DNA of 27,516 nucleotides. It comes from an uncultured virus (IMG/VR IMGVR_UViG_3300032219_000626) (lineage: Duplodnaviria > Heunggongvirae > Uroviricota > Caudoviricetes). The position numbers and the translations under genes are program-made. The number at the start of each line of letters is the position of its first letter. The stretch's first letter is position 1. Below are positions 8,949 through 17,918 of this stretch, one piece after another. The stretch lies in the IMG/VR virus record IMGVR_UViG_3300032219_000626, one strand, 5' to 3'. The notes beneath the pieces are model-generated. The model did no database searches, was not told where the DNA came from, and saw only the letters and a list, made by a program, of their open reading frames with translations.

Positions 8949-9614
8949 ATGAGCGTAATTAGAGGGCTAAAAGACATCAACGCACTAGTTGACAAGCCAA
9001 AATATGACAGCACTGCAAACGGTGGACAGAAGATTCGCTGGGTAAAACTAGCCGATGGACAGTCTGCCAAGATTCGTTTTGTTGAAGAGCTAGACAGCGA
9101 ATCAGCGAACTACAACGAGGGTCGTGGACTTTCAGTAGTAATCGCAGAACACACTAATCCAAAGGATTACAAGCTTAAGGCAGCCTGTACCATTGACTCA
9201 GAGGGTCGTTGCTACGGTTGTGAGATGGCTCGCAAGGAGCCAAAGTCAGGTTGGCGTTCACGCCTCCGCTTCTATTGCAACGTTATTATTGACGACAGCA
9301 CAGAAGCACCTTATGTGGCTGTTTGGTCACAGGGTATCAGCAAGCAGTCAGCATTCAACACCATTCGTGAGTATGCTCTAGAGACTGGTTCTATTTCAAA
9401 CCTTGAGTGGAAGATTAAGCGTAATGGTCAGGGAACTGAGACCAGTTACACCTTGCTTCCAACCAAGCCAGACTCAGAGCCATACACCTGGGGAGAGGTT
9501 GAAGCATTCGACCTTGAGAAGGTTGTCCGTGAGATTCCTTACGCAGAGCAGGAGAACTTTTACTTCGGCTTTGGTCAGACCGCTTCGGTAACTTCAAGCA
9601 ACACCGACTGGTAA
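8949..9614 (+). CDS. Single-stranded DNA-binding protein (T4 gp32-like)
   Basis: H...CT...CYGCE zinc site, WKIKRNGQGTETSY OB-fold motif, tail ending in DW, position between primase and polymerase. Confidence 0.75.
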   Translation: MSVIRGLKDINALVDKPKYDSTANGGQKIRWVKLADGQSAKIRFVEELDSESANYNEGRGLSVVIAEHTNPKDYKLKAACTIDSEGRCYGCEMARKEPKSGWRSRLRFYCNVIIDDSTEAPYVAVWSQGISKQSAFNTIREYALETGSISNLEWKIKRNGQGTETSYTLLPTKPDSEPYTWGEVEAFDLEKVVREIPYAEQENFYFGFGQTASVTSSNTDW

Positions 9615-9618
9615 AACA

Positions 9619-9646
9619 TAGAGCTGGGCATCTCTACAAACTGCCC
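9619..9646 (+). ncRNA. Putative H-type RNA pseudoknot in the ssb-dnaE intergenic region
   Basis: S1 TAGAG(9619-9623)/CTCTA(9632-9636); S2 GGGCA(9626-9630)/TGCCC(9642-9646); loops CT, T and CAAAC. Confidence 0.5.
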
Positions 9647-9678
9647 CACACAAACTTTTATTACTAACGAAGGAAACA

Positions 9679-12600
9679 ATGAGCTACGCTCCACTTCACG
9701 TTCACACACACTACAGCCTATTTGATGGCATTGCTACACCACAGGAGTACGTTGACCGTGCTGTCTCTGTGGGTATGACCTCTATCTCAATCACAGACCA
9801 CGGTTCTCTATCTGGTCACCGTGAGATGTATCGTGCTGCCAAAGCAGCAGGTATCAAGCCAATCCTTGGAGTCGAAGGGTATATTTGTAAAGACCGCTTT
9901 GACCACGAAGAGAAAGATAAGACAGACCTACTAAACCTAAACTACAACCACCTAATTATTCTTGCCAAAGATAAGATAGGTCTAGAAAATCTTAACAAGC
10001 TTAATGAGCTTGCTTGGACAGAGGGTTTCTTTAAGAAGCCTCGCATGGACTGGAACATTCTAGAGCAATACAAAGAAGGTCTAGTTATTACTTCTGGGTG
10101 TCTCTCAGGATTTCTTTGCAAGGCTATTGAAGCAGATAACCTAGCAGTAGCCAAGGAGCACATCAAGTGGGCTAAGGATACCTTTGGTGACGACTACTAC
10201 ATTGAAGTCATGCCACACAACCCTGCAGAAGTAAACAAGATGCTACTTGAACTTGCAGATGAATTTGGTATCAAGCCTGTAATTACTCCAGACTGCCACC
10301 ACGCAGATAAGTCACAGCGTGACATCCAAGAACTCAAGCTTATTCTAAATTCATACTCCAACAAGACTGAGAAAGAAGTAACTTTCGCTGGTACTCAAAA
10401 GTATGATAATCTTATGGACAAGCTAGACTACCTGTATGGTGCAGACCGTCAAATGTCGTTTAAGAACTTTGAGATTCACCTATTGTCTGACGAAGAGATG
10501 CGTAACGCCATGCTTGCCCAGGGTATTGACCGTGAGGATATGTACCAGAACAGCAAGGACATTGCAGACCAGATTGAGGACTATGAGATTCAAGATAATC
10601 TAGATTTGCTTCCAGCACAGTATGTTAACCCAGACCAAGAGCTATATGAACTAGCCATTGAGGGTCTTACTAAGCGTGGACTACACACTAACCAAGAGTA
10701 TCTGGACAGACTTAATGAAGAGCTTTCTGTTATCAAAGACAAGAAGTTTGGACCCTACTTTCTAGTTGTTCGTAATATGATTAACTGGGCTAAGAAAGAA
10801 GATATCATGGTGGGACCAGGACGTGGTTCTGCTGCAGGTTCGCTGCTTTGCTACTCTCTTGGTATCACAGACGTTGACCCTATCCAGCATGGTCTTCTGT
10901 TCTTCCGTTTCATTAACCCAGAGCGTAATGACTTCCCAGATATTGATACAGATATCCAAGACTCACGCCGTGAAGAAGTTAAGGATTACCTAGTTCGTCA
11001 GTACCGTCACGTTGCGTCTATCGCAACATTCCTTGAGTTCAAGGGTAAAGGTATTGTTCGTGACGTGGCTCGTGTTCTAAACATTCCGCTACCTGACGTT
11101 AACAAGGTACTTAAGCTTGTAGACGACTGGGACGAGTACCTAACATCCAAGTCAACTGCAGAATTCCGTGACAAGTATCCAGAGATTGAAGAATATGGCG
11201 AGCAATTGCGTGGTCGTATTCGTGGTACTGGTATTCACGCTGCAGGTGTTGTAACGTCCAAGGAGCCTATCTTTAAGTTCGCACCACTAGAAACACGCAC
11301 TAGTCCTGGCAATAAGGAACGTATCCCTGTGGTGGCGGTAGACATGGAAGAAGCAGAGCGTATTGGTCTAATCAAGATTGATGCTCTAGGTCTAAAGACC
11401 CTATCTGTTATTCAAGACACTCTCAAGATTGTTGAGGAGCGTACCAACGATAAGATTGACTTACACAAGATTGATATGGAAGACAAGAATGTTTATGCCA
11501 TGCTGTCTGACGGTTTTACTAAGGGCGTGTTCCAGTGTGAAGCTACACCATATACCAACTTGCTAGTTAAAATGGGTGTTAAGAACTTCAACGAACTTGC
11601 TGCATCTAACGCTCTAGTTCGCCCAGGTGCTATGAACACCATTGGTAAAGATTACATTGCTCGTAAGCACGGTAAGCAGAACCTAGACTACAAGCACGTT
11701 AACATGAAGAAGTTTACCGAAGAGACCTACGGATGCATTCTGTATCAGGAACAGGTTATGCTTGCCTGTACTGAACTTGGCGGTATGACAATGGCTGAGG
11801 CTGACAAGGTTCGCAAGATTATTGGTAAGAAGAAGGATGCTAAAGAATTCAAGCAGTTCCAAGACAAGTTTGTTGAGGGTGCTTCACGCTTCCTGTCTCC
11901 AAACGTTGCAGAAGACTTGTGGCACGACTTTGAGGCTCACGCAGGGTACTCATTTAACAAGTCTCACGCTGTAGCATACTCAACGCTATCATACTGGACA
12001 GCATGGTTGAAGTATCACTATCCAATTGAGTTTATGTATTCATTGCTTAAGAACGAAAGTGATAAGGATGCTCGCACAGAGTACCTAATCGAAGCAAAGC
12101 GTATGGGTATTCCTATTCGCCTACCACACATCAATGACTCAGACATTGACTTTACAATCGAAGGAAAGGGAATCCGCTTTGGACTTTCAGCAATCAAATA
12201 CATTTCTGACAACATTGCTTCTAAGTATATTGCTGCTCGCCCTTTTAGCTCCTACAAACAACTTGAGGAGTTTAGTTTTGGCAAGGGCAATGGTGTTAAT
12301 AGCCGTGCCCTGCAAGCTCTTCGTCTTATTGGTGCTGCAACTTTTGATGATAATCCTAGGAATGATGAAGAAGTTAAAGAGAATCTTTACGAATACCTAA
12401 ACCTACCAGAGTTTAACGTATCAATTCCACAGCACTATCACGCATTTATCAATGACGTAGAAGAGTATGAGGAAAAAGGTTCGTTTATTCTAATGGGCAT
12501 GGTCAAGGGTATCAAGCGTGGCAAAGGTTGGTCACGAGTTGAGATTCTAGATAAGACTGGTAGTGTCGGTATTTTTGATGAAGAGCAGTCAACTATCGAA

Positions 12601-12954
12601 GCAGGTCGTACCTATATCTTGCTGGCAAGCGATAACAGGATTGTTACAGCAATTCCAGCAGACGAAATCAAGGCAAACCAAACAGGATTGATTAAGATTC
12701 TTAACTTCCGTATGCTACCATACAAAGAGGACGAACTTTTTGTGGTATCATTCAAGCCACGAATTACCAAGACAGGTAAAAAGATGGCTTCCCTAGTGCT
12801 AGCAGACGCTACACGGACGCTACACAGCGTTACAGTATTCCCTACGGCTTTCTCCAAGGCTTACATGAAGATTGACGAGGGAAACGTATACAAATTCTCT
12901 TTGGGTAAAACTAAAGACGGAACAACAATTATGGAGGATGTATTTAATGTTTGA
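9679..12954 (+). CDS. dnaE: DNA polymerase III alpha subunit (family C)
   Basis: PHP domain LHVHTHYSLFDG/ITDHG; GPGRGSAAGSL; catalytic PDIDTD; GIHAAGVV; LIKIDALGL; GCILYQEQVM; YSFNKSHAVAY; C-terminal OB folds. No intein visible. Confidence 0.97.
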   Translation: MSYAPLHVHTHYSLFDGIATPQEYVDRAVSVGMTSISITDHGSLSGHREMYRAAKAAGIKPILGVEGYICKDRFDHEEKDKTDLLNLNYNHLIILAKDKIGLENLNKLNELAWTEGFFKKPRMDWNILEQYKEGLVITSGCLSGFLCKAIEADNLAVAKEHIKWAKDTFGDDYYIEVMPHNPAEVNKMLLELADEFGIKPVITPDCHHADKSQRDIQELKLILNSYSNKTEKEVTFAGTQKYDNLMDKLDYLYGADRQMSFKNFEIHLLSDEEMRNAMLAQGIDREDMYQNSKDIADQIEDYEIQDNLDLLPAQYVNPDQELYELAIEGLTKRGLHTNQEYLDRLNEELSVIKDKKFGPYFLVVRNMINWAKKEDIMVGPGRGSAAGSLLCYSLGITDVDPIQHGLLFFRFINPERNDFPDIDTDIQDSRREEVKDYLVRQYRHVASIATFLEFKGKGIVRDVARVLNIPLPDVNKVLKLVDDWDEYLTSKSTAEFRDKYPEIEEYGEQLRGRIRGTGIHAAGVVTSKEPIFKFAPLETRTSPGNKERIPVVAVDMEEAERIGLIKIDALGLKTLSVIQDTLKIVEERTNDKIDLHKIDMEDKNVYAMLSDGFTKGVFQCEATPYTNLLVKMGVKNFNELAASNALVRPGAMNTIGKDYIARKHGKQNLDYKHVNMKKFTEETYGCILYQEQVMLACTELGGMTMAEADKVRKIIGKKKDAKEFKQFQDKFVEGASRFLSPNVAEDLWHDFEAHAGYSFNKSHAVAYSTLSYWTAWLKYHYPIEFMYSLLKNESDKDARTEYLIEAKRMGIPIRLPHINDSDIDFTIEGKGIRFGLSAIKYISDNIASKYIAARPFSSYKQLEEFSFGKGNGVNSRALQALRLIGAATFDDNPRNDEEVKENLYEYLNLPEFNVSIPQHYHAFINDVEEYEEKGSFILMGMVKGIKRGKGWSRVEILDKTGSVGIFDEEQSTIEAGRTYILLASDNRIVTAIPADEIKANQTGLIKILNFRMLPYKEDELFVVSFKPRITKTGKKMASLVLADATRTLHSVTVFPTAFSKAYMKIDEGNVYKFSLGKTKDGTTIMEDVFNV

Positions 12955-13282
12955 TGAAGTATCGCAACACCTTCACGAGGTTGCAGTAGAAAAAGGTTTC
13001 TGGGATGTGATTAAGGATGCTCCACAAGAGCAGGTAGACATCTTTATGACCAAGCAGCTAATGATGATTGTATCAGAGGCTACAGAGGTTATGGAGGCTA
13101 TTCGTAAGTCACACGGTCCAGAGGCAGTAGCAGACGAGGTAGCAGATATCCTTATCCGCACACTTGACCTATACGCAGGATTGCTTGAGCACGAATACAC
13201 AAACGTATCACTTGACGAAGCATTTGAAAAGAAGACTGCTTTCAACAAATCACGACCACAGAAGCATGGGGTAAAGTTTTAA
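12947..13282 (+). CDS. MazG-like NTP pyrophosphohydrolase
   Basis: SEATEVMEAIRK...ADEVADILIR is the ExxE...ExxD motif; start reassigned to ATG 12947, downstream of GGAGG. Confidence 0.85.
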   Translation: MFDEVSQHLHEVAVEKGFWDVIKDAPQEQVDIFMTKQLMMIVSEATEVMEAIRKSHGPEAVADEVADILIRTLDLYAGLLEHEYTNVSLDEAFEKKTAFNKSRPQKHGVKF

Positions 13283-14292
13283 TGACAACTATGGAAGAGG
13301 CTCTAGCTTTGCTAGACCCAAAAATTAGAAAGCGTCTTAGCAATGGCGTAGGGTTTACCACAACATTCCAGAAGACACCTAGCCATGGTCTTAATCGTGC
13401 TCTTAATGGTGGATTGCCGTATGGTCGTCAGGTGCTTATCTGGGGAAGCAAATCGTCTGCAAAGTCGTCTCTGTGCCTACAGATGATTGCTTTGGCACAA
13501 GAAGAGGGTAAGCTTTGTGCCTGGATTGATGCTGAGATGTCATACTCAGAAGACTGGGCTAAGAGGCTTGGGGTAGACACAAACAACCTCATTGTCTCAC
13601 AAGCTCGCACCATTAATGAAATGGTTGACGTTGGAACAGCATTAATGAATGCAGGGGTAGACATGATTGTAATTGACTCAATCACATCGCTGCTACCTGC
13701 AATCTATTTTGAAAAGGGAACTGATGAACTTAAAGAACTTGAAAACACTAAACAAATCGGTGCTGAGTCAAGAGACTTTAGCAACGCTTGGAAGATGCTC
13801 AACTATGCTAATAACAAAGTTAAGCCTACTATGCTTGTTCTTATTTCTCAGTCTAGGAATAATATTAGTGCTATGTATACTTCTCAGCAGCCTAGCGGTG
13901 GTCAAGCTACTAAGTTTTATTCATCGACGGTTATCAAACTATTCAGTTCCGAATCAGACAATCAGGCTATTAAAGGAAAGATTGCTGTTGGAGATAAACT
14001 CATTGAGGAAAAGGTTGGACGCAAGGTTCGTTGGGAAGTCCAGTTTTCCAAGACATCGCCAGCCTTCCAGTCTGGGGAGTACGATTTTTATTTCCGTGGG
14101 GACGTTGGCGTTGATAGCATTGGTGACCTCGTGGATACTGCAGAGATGATGGGCATTGTAAGTCGCACAGGAGCCTGGTACATCCTACCAGATGGCTCTA
14201 AGTTGCAGGGTAGAGAAGCATTTGTAAATCGTGTTCGTGAGGACCTAGATTTACAAGACTCTATTAAGGCACAGGTCAATGGCGAAGTATAA
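13282..14292 (+). CDS. recA: RecA/UvsX-like recombinase
   Basis: LNRALNGGLPYGR, P-loop GSKSSAKS, WIDAE, RLGVD, Walker B MIVIDS, GGQATKFYSS, GAWY, QGRE. Confidence 0.92.
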   Translation: MTTMEEALALLDPKIRKRLSNGVGFTTTFQKTPSHGLNRALNGGLPYGRQVLIWGSKSSAKSSLCLQMIALAQEEGKLCAWIDAEMSYSEDWAKRLGVDTNNLIVSQARTINEMVDVGTALMNAGVDMIVIDSITSLLPAIYFEKGTDELKELENTKQIGAESRDFSNAWKMLNYANNKVKPTMLVLISQSRNNISAMYTSQQPSGGQATKFYSSTVIKLFSSESDNQAIKGKIAVGDKLIEEKVGRKVRWEVQFSKTSPAFQSGEYDFYFRGDVGVDSIGDLVDTAEMMGIVSRTGAWYILPDGSKLQGREAFVNRVREDLDLQDSIKAQVNGEV

Positions 14293-14464
14293 CATCTACT
14301 CAGGTAAGTTTGTTTGCCACACTTGCAAAGCTGAGGTAAAAAGCCTACGCTCCTATCCAACAACTAAAGAGCTAACCTGGATGTGTCCTGAAAAGCACGT
14401 TAGTGTTGTAAGCTTTGCAAAGAAAAAAAGAAAGGGAGACTTTGAGCGAGAAGAGCGAGAGTAA
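14279..14464 (+). CDS. Small zinc-ribbon protein (61 aa)
   Basis: CHTC...CPEKH; overlaps both neighbours. Confidence 0.65.
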   Translation: MAKYNIYSGKFVCHTCKAEVKSLRSYPTTKELTWMCPEKHVSVVSFAKKKRKGDFEREERE

Positions 14465-14729
14465 GCGTATTGGTGCTAAACAGCACAAGAACTCTGGTCG
14501 TGGAACTCATAAGGGCGATGCCTCTTGGGAAAACTTTACAGTTGACTTCAAAGAGGTTGGCAAGTCATTTACACTAAACAAAGAGGTATGGGCTAAGGCT
14601 GTTACGGATGCTATCCGTAATGGCAATGACCCTGCTATTGTGGTGGTACTTGGAGATTCAGGTATTAAAACAAGACTAGCAGTAATAGAGCTTTCCCTAC
14701 TTGAACAAATCCTATCCGATAGTGTATAA
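14442..14729 (+). CDS. PD-(D/E)xK nuclease, Holliday-junction-resolvase-like
   Basis: E...NSGRG..KGD...VDFKE catalytic pattern; start reassigned to TTG 14442 after GGGAG. Confidence 0.7.
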   Translation: MSEKSESKRIGAKQHKNSGRGTHKGDASWENFTVDFKEVGKSFTLNKEVWAKAVTDAIRNGNDPAIVVVLGDSGIKTRLAVIELSLLEQILSDSV

Positions 14730-14730
14730 T
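14701..14730 (+). promoter_or_regulatory. Promoter (TTGAAC-18-TATAAT) overlapping the resolvase stop codon
   Basis: -10 at 14725-14730 contains TAA 14727-14729; AAGGA RBS and TTG 14757 follow. Confidence 0.55.
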
Positions 14731-14756
14731 AGAACTACAACGATTAAGGAATTAAC

Positions 14757-15065
14757 TTGGAAACAGAAACAAAAACAACGATTGAACAAATCAATGGCTT
14801 GTCAGAAATTGCTGATTACATGGAGGACGAAGAGCTTGCAACAGCACTTACCTTCATTGCAAAGCTTATTCTCAAGCCAGATATTCCACTAAATGTTGCA
14901 ACCGTGGAGATTGTACGCTTGCAAGCAATTGCAGCTAAAATGTCCTTCAAAGCCACATGGCTAACTAACGTAGAAAAAGGAGACAGAGCGAAAAAGAATA
15001 TTTATTACACCGCTGCTGAGGCTATCAATAACCTCGTATCGGCTCTTAAATATATCACTCGCTAG
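14757..15065 (+). CDS. Hypothetical helical protein (102 aa)
   Basis: ORF with an RBS and TTG start. Confidence 0.7.
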   Translation: METETKTTIEQINGLSEIADYMEDEELATALTFIAKLILKPDIPLNVATVEIVRLQAIAAKMSFKATWLTNVEKGDRAKKNIYYTAAEAINNLVSALKYITR

Positions 15066-15072
15066 TGTTGAT

Positions 15073-15873
15073 ATGGCAAAAAGTTTATTGCAACAAGTAA
15101 TGCTCAAGGTAGAAGACAAGATTTCTTCACAGCCTTCGTTCCTTGACAAACAGGGACTAATTGAAAAGATTCAAAGCGGATATATTGTAAACCGTGTTGA
15201 TAAGTTTCAAACTAAAAAAACATTTGCACCAAGTACAATTGCGTTCTCTCATGGAGAATGTCCTCGTTACTGGTATCTAGCCTTTGATGGTGCTGTGTTT
15301 ACTGACAATGCAGATGCCTATGGCGGAGCAAACATGACTGCTGGTACAAAGTCACACGAACGTATCCAGGAAGCTATGGGCAACGCAGGTATCCTAAAAG
15401 ACTCAGAGTTCAAAGTCACCTATGACGACCCACCAATCTTTGGATATGGTGACGTTATTCTTGACTGGGAAGGTATGGACCTACTTGGTGAAATCAAGAC
15501 CATGCCCAACGAAGGCTTTGAGTATCGCAAGGTAGCAGGTAAGCCAAAGACTGGACACCTTATCCAGTTGCTTATCTATATGAAAATTCTTAACAGAAGC
15601 AAAGCAATTCTGATTTATGAAAACAAAAATAATCACGAGCTGCTAATCTTCCCTGTTGAGTTGAATGAATACTATTTTAAGTGGGTAGAGAACGCTTTTG
15701 AGTGGATGAGAAATGTTCGAAAGGCTTGGGAAGACAAAACCCTGCCAGAGAAAAACTATCGCTCAAATTCTAAAATTTGTAAGACCTGTCCTATCAAGGA
15801 TGCGTGTAACAATGCTGGTTCTGGAGTGATTAAAATCAAATCTCTGGAGCCATTGGATGATAAAGCATTGTGA
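15073..15873 (+). CDS. Cas4-like PD-(D/E)xK exonuclease
   Basis: N-terminal PS...CPRYWY, GTKSH, GYGD, GEIKT, QLLIY and C-terminal CKTCPIKDAC: the 1+3 Cys Fe-S staple of the Cas4/AddB family. Confidence 0.85.
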   Translation: MAKSLLQQVMLKVEDKISSQPSFLDKQGLIEKIQSGYIVNRVDKFQTKKTFAPSTIAFSHGECPRYWYLAFDGAVFTDNADAYGGANMTAGTKSHERIQEAMGNAGILKDSEFKVTYDDPPIFGYGDVILDWEGMDLLGEIKTMPNEGFEYRKVAGKPKTGHLIQLLIYMKILNRSKAILIYENKNNHELLIFPVELNEYYFKWVENAFEWMRNVRKAWEDKTLPEKNYRSNSKICKTCPIKDACNNAGSGVIKIKSLEPLDDKAL

Positions 15874-16147
15874 TTGGTGTGACAACAAGTTCACACAAAA
15901 AGTAAAGTATCAGATTTACTGTTCTGCAGACTGTAGGGCGTTAGCAACTAAAGAAAAGATTGCTCAACGGTACATACAGGAAAGAACAAAAAAGAGGGCA
16001 TTGGTAAAGAGATTCTGCAAGTCTTGTAGAAGCCTCTTGTCAATGTATAATGATACTCAATTATGTGAGCTTTGCGATGTTAATCCAAAGGATGTTTCTA
16101 AGGCACTCAAAGAAATGAAGAGGATGCTTAACGATGAATCTAAGTAA
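15857..16147 (+). CDS. Cys-rich zinc-binding protein (96 aa)
   Basis: CDWC...YCSADC and CKSC...CELC. Confidence 0.65.
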   Translation: MIKHCDWCDNKFTQKVKYQIYCSADCRALATKEKIAQRYIQERTKKRALVKRFCKSCRSLLSMYNDTQLCELCDVNPKDVSKALKEMKRMLNDESK

Positions 16148-16709
16148 ACTAAAAGAAAAGCCAAAAAAGTTCTGTGCTATTGACGCTAGCACAAACAGCC
16201 TGGCATTTGCTGTATTTGATGGCAAGAAGATTATCGCCTGTGGCAAGATTAACTTTGCTGGCGTTACAACTTTTGAAAAGGTAATGGATGCTGCCAAGAA
16301 GACAAAAGCCTTCTTTGATAAGTTTGATTTTGATGCAGTAATTATTGAACATACGGTATTTATGAACAGTCCTAAAACAGCAGCACAGCTTGCCACGCTG
16401 CAGGGAGCGTTGCTAGGGGCTGCAGGGATGGCTGGGGTAAAGAGAATCGGTTCAGTATCCCCAATGACATGGCAGAACTTTATTGGTAATAAGAAACTAA
16501 CCAAAGAAGAAAAGGCAGAGATTGCTAAAAAGAATCCTGGCAAGTCTGTGTCTTGGTTTAAGAATGAAGAACGCTCCATTCGTAAGCAGAGAACAATCAA
16601 CTTTGTTAATATAAACTATGACAAAGAACTAACAGATGATGATGTTGCAGATGCTTGTGCAATCGGACACTGGGCATTGTCAAATTGGGAAAGGGCATTT
16701 GGGTATTGA
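16134..16709 (+). CDS. ruvC: RuvC-like Holliday junction resolvase
   Basis: AIDASTNSLAFAV, VIIEH, SPMTW and DDDVADACAI RNase H-fold catalytic motifs. Confidence 0.85.
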   Translation: MNLSKLKEKPKKFCAIDASTNSLAFAVFDGKKIIACGKINFAGVTTFEKVMDAAKKTKAFFDKFDFDAVIIEHTVFMNSPKTAAQLATLQGALLGAAGMAGVKRIGSVSPMTWQNFIGNKKLTKEEKAEIAKKNPGKSVSWFKNEERSIRKQRTINFVNINYDKELTDDDVADACAIGHWALSNWERAFGY

Positions 16710-16734
16710 CATTATGGCGAATAAATTGTATACT
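16706..16734 (+). promoter_or_regulatory. Promoter (TTGACA-17-TATACT) straddling the start of the small HTH gene
   Basis: -35 at 16706-16711 includes the ruvC TGA; -10 at 16729-16734. Confidence 0.65.
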
Positions 16735-16869
16735 AGTGAAGCATGGTTAAAAAAACGCTTCCATGCCGATAAGAAAACACCACAAGAGATTGCAAAAGAA
16801 TGCGGTACTAGCGTGGAAACAATCTACGTCTATCTAGCCAAGTTCGGATTAAGGAAATCAAAAAGATGA
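16714..16869 (+). CDS. Small helix-turn-helix protein (51 aa)
   Basis: KTPQEIAKECGTSVETIYVYLAKFGL is an HTH; start reassigned to ATG 16714. Confidence 0.75.
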   Translation: MANKLYTSEAWLKKRFHADKKTPQEIAKECGTSVETIYVYLAKFGLRKSKR

Positions 16870-17105
16870 GCGACAACCTAAAGATTACAGTAGACCAAGT
16901 GAACCACCCACCACACTATACCTCTGACCCCAGCGGTGTTGAGTGTATTCAAATTACTAGACACCGCAACTTTAATGTTGGTAATGCATTTAAATATCTT
17001 TGGCGAGCAGGACTCAAAGACGAGAAAAAGACTATTCAAGATTTAGAGAAGGCTATCTTTTACATCCAAGACGAGATTAAACGACTACAGGGAGAGAGTA
17101 AGTAA
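16866..17105 (+). CDS. DUF3310-family protein (T7 gp1.7-like putative nucleotide kinase)
   Basis: DQVNHPPHYT...VECI...FNVGNAFKYLWRAGLK...DLEKAIFY family signature. Confidence 0.88.
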   Translation: MSDNLKITVDQVNHPPHYTSDPSGVECIQITRHRNFNVGNAFKYLWRAGLKDEKKTIQDLEKAIFYIQDEIKRLQGESK

Positions 17106-17395
17106 TGGGACGCAGGAAAAAATATGTCACACCAGTTATTGCTACTAAGTTTAGTAGAGAAGACTCTGTTGTAATTAATGGATTTGAAATCAATCGTGGT
17201 GATACAATTAAAGTAAAGGATGAATACGGTGGCAAGTTTAAGTTTGAATACTTTGTGACTAATACTGAGACTGGTGCTCAGTGGGTAGACTGTTTTGAAA
17301 TTATCAACAAGGTACCATCCGTGTTCCGTTCTTTTAAGGTAGAGCGTGTAAAGCGTGTACCAACAAAAGGCAAGAGGAGTAAGCGTGTCGATTGA
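17105..17395 (+). CDS. Hypothetical protein, SH3-like (96 aa)
   Basis: GDTIKVKDEYG.FKF...WVDCFE...FRSF; coupled by TAATG. Confidence 0.65.
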   Translation: MGRRKKYVTPVIATKFSREDSVVINGFEINRGDTIKVKDEYGGKFKFEYFVTNTETGAQWVDCFEIINKVPSVFRSFKVERVKRVPTKGKRSKRVD

Positions 17396-17918
17396 AGACT
17401 TAACAGTTGAGCATCTAGATGAGATGAACAAAGTTGTGGAGAAGTATCTCCAGGGCGAAGAGCCTACCCAAATTTCAAAAGCGTTAGCCTTGCCAAGACA
17501 AAAGGTAATGGCACACATTACTCAGTGGCGTACCCTGGCTTCTGACAACGCTGCTATCCGTGCTAGGGCTAAAGAAGCATTGGCAGGTGCTGATACACAC
17601 TATAGCAAGCTAATTAGTAAGGCATACGAGGTCATTGACGAAGCAACCACCACAGCAAACCTAGGGGCTAAGACTGCAGGTATTAAGCTGGTAATGGACC
17701 TTGAGAAGACTCGTATTGATATGCTACAGAAAGCTGGTTTGCTTGAGAACAAGGAGCTAGCAGAAGAGATGCTAGAGATTGAGCGTAAGCAGGATATCCT
17801 AGTAAACATCCTTCGTGATATTGCTAGTGAATATCCACAAATTCGTGACGAGATTATGCGTAGGCTGTCGCAGGTATCTAAAGAACAAGAGGTCATAACT
17901 ATTGTCAACAATGTTTAA
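17385..17918 (+). CDS. Putative terminase small subunit
   Basis: N-terminal HTH (YLQGEEPTQISKALALPRQKV), helical body, directly upstream of and overlapping terL; start reassigned to GTG 17385 after GAGGAG. Confidence 0.6.
   Translation: MSIEDLTVEHLDEMNKVVEKYLQGEEPTQISKALALPRQKVMAHITQWRTLASDNAAIRARAKEALAGADTHYSKLISKAYEVIDEATTTANLGAKTAGIKLVMDLEKTRIDMLQKAGLLENKELAEEMLEIERKQDILVNILRDIASEYPQIRDEIMRRLSQVSKEQEVITIVNNV

Noticed and set aside
15073..15873. CRISPR-Cas system suggested by the Cas4-like gene
   Set aside because: No repeat-spacer array and no cas1/cas2 or effector genes are visible; solo Cas4-like nucleases are common in phage recombination modules.
17343..17389. Three copies of AGCGTGT
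   Set aside because: Explained by repeated (E/K)RV codons in the 96-aa protein; irregular spacing.
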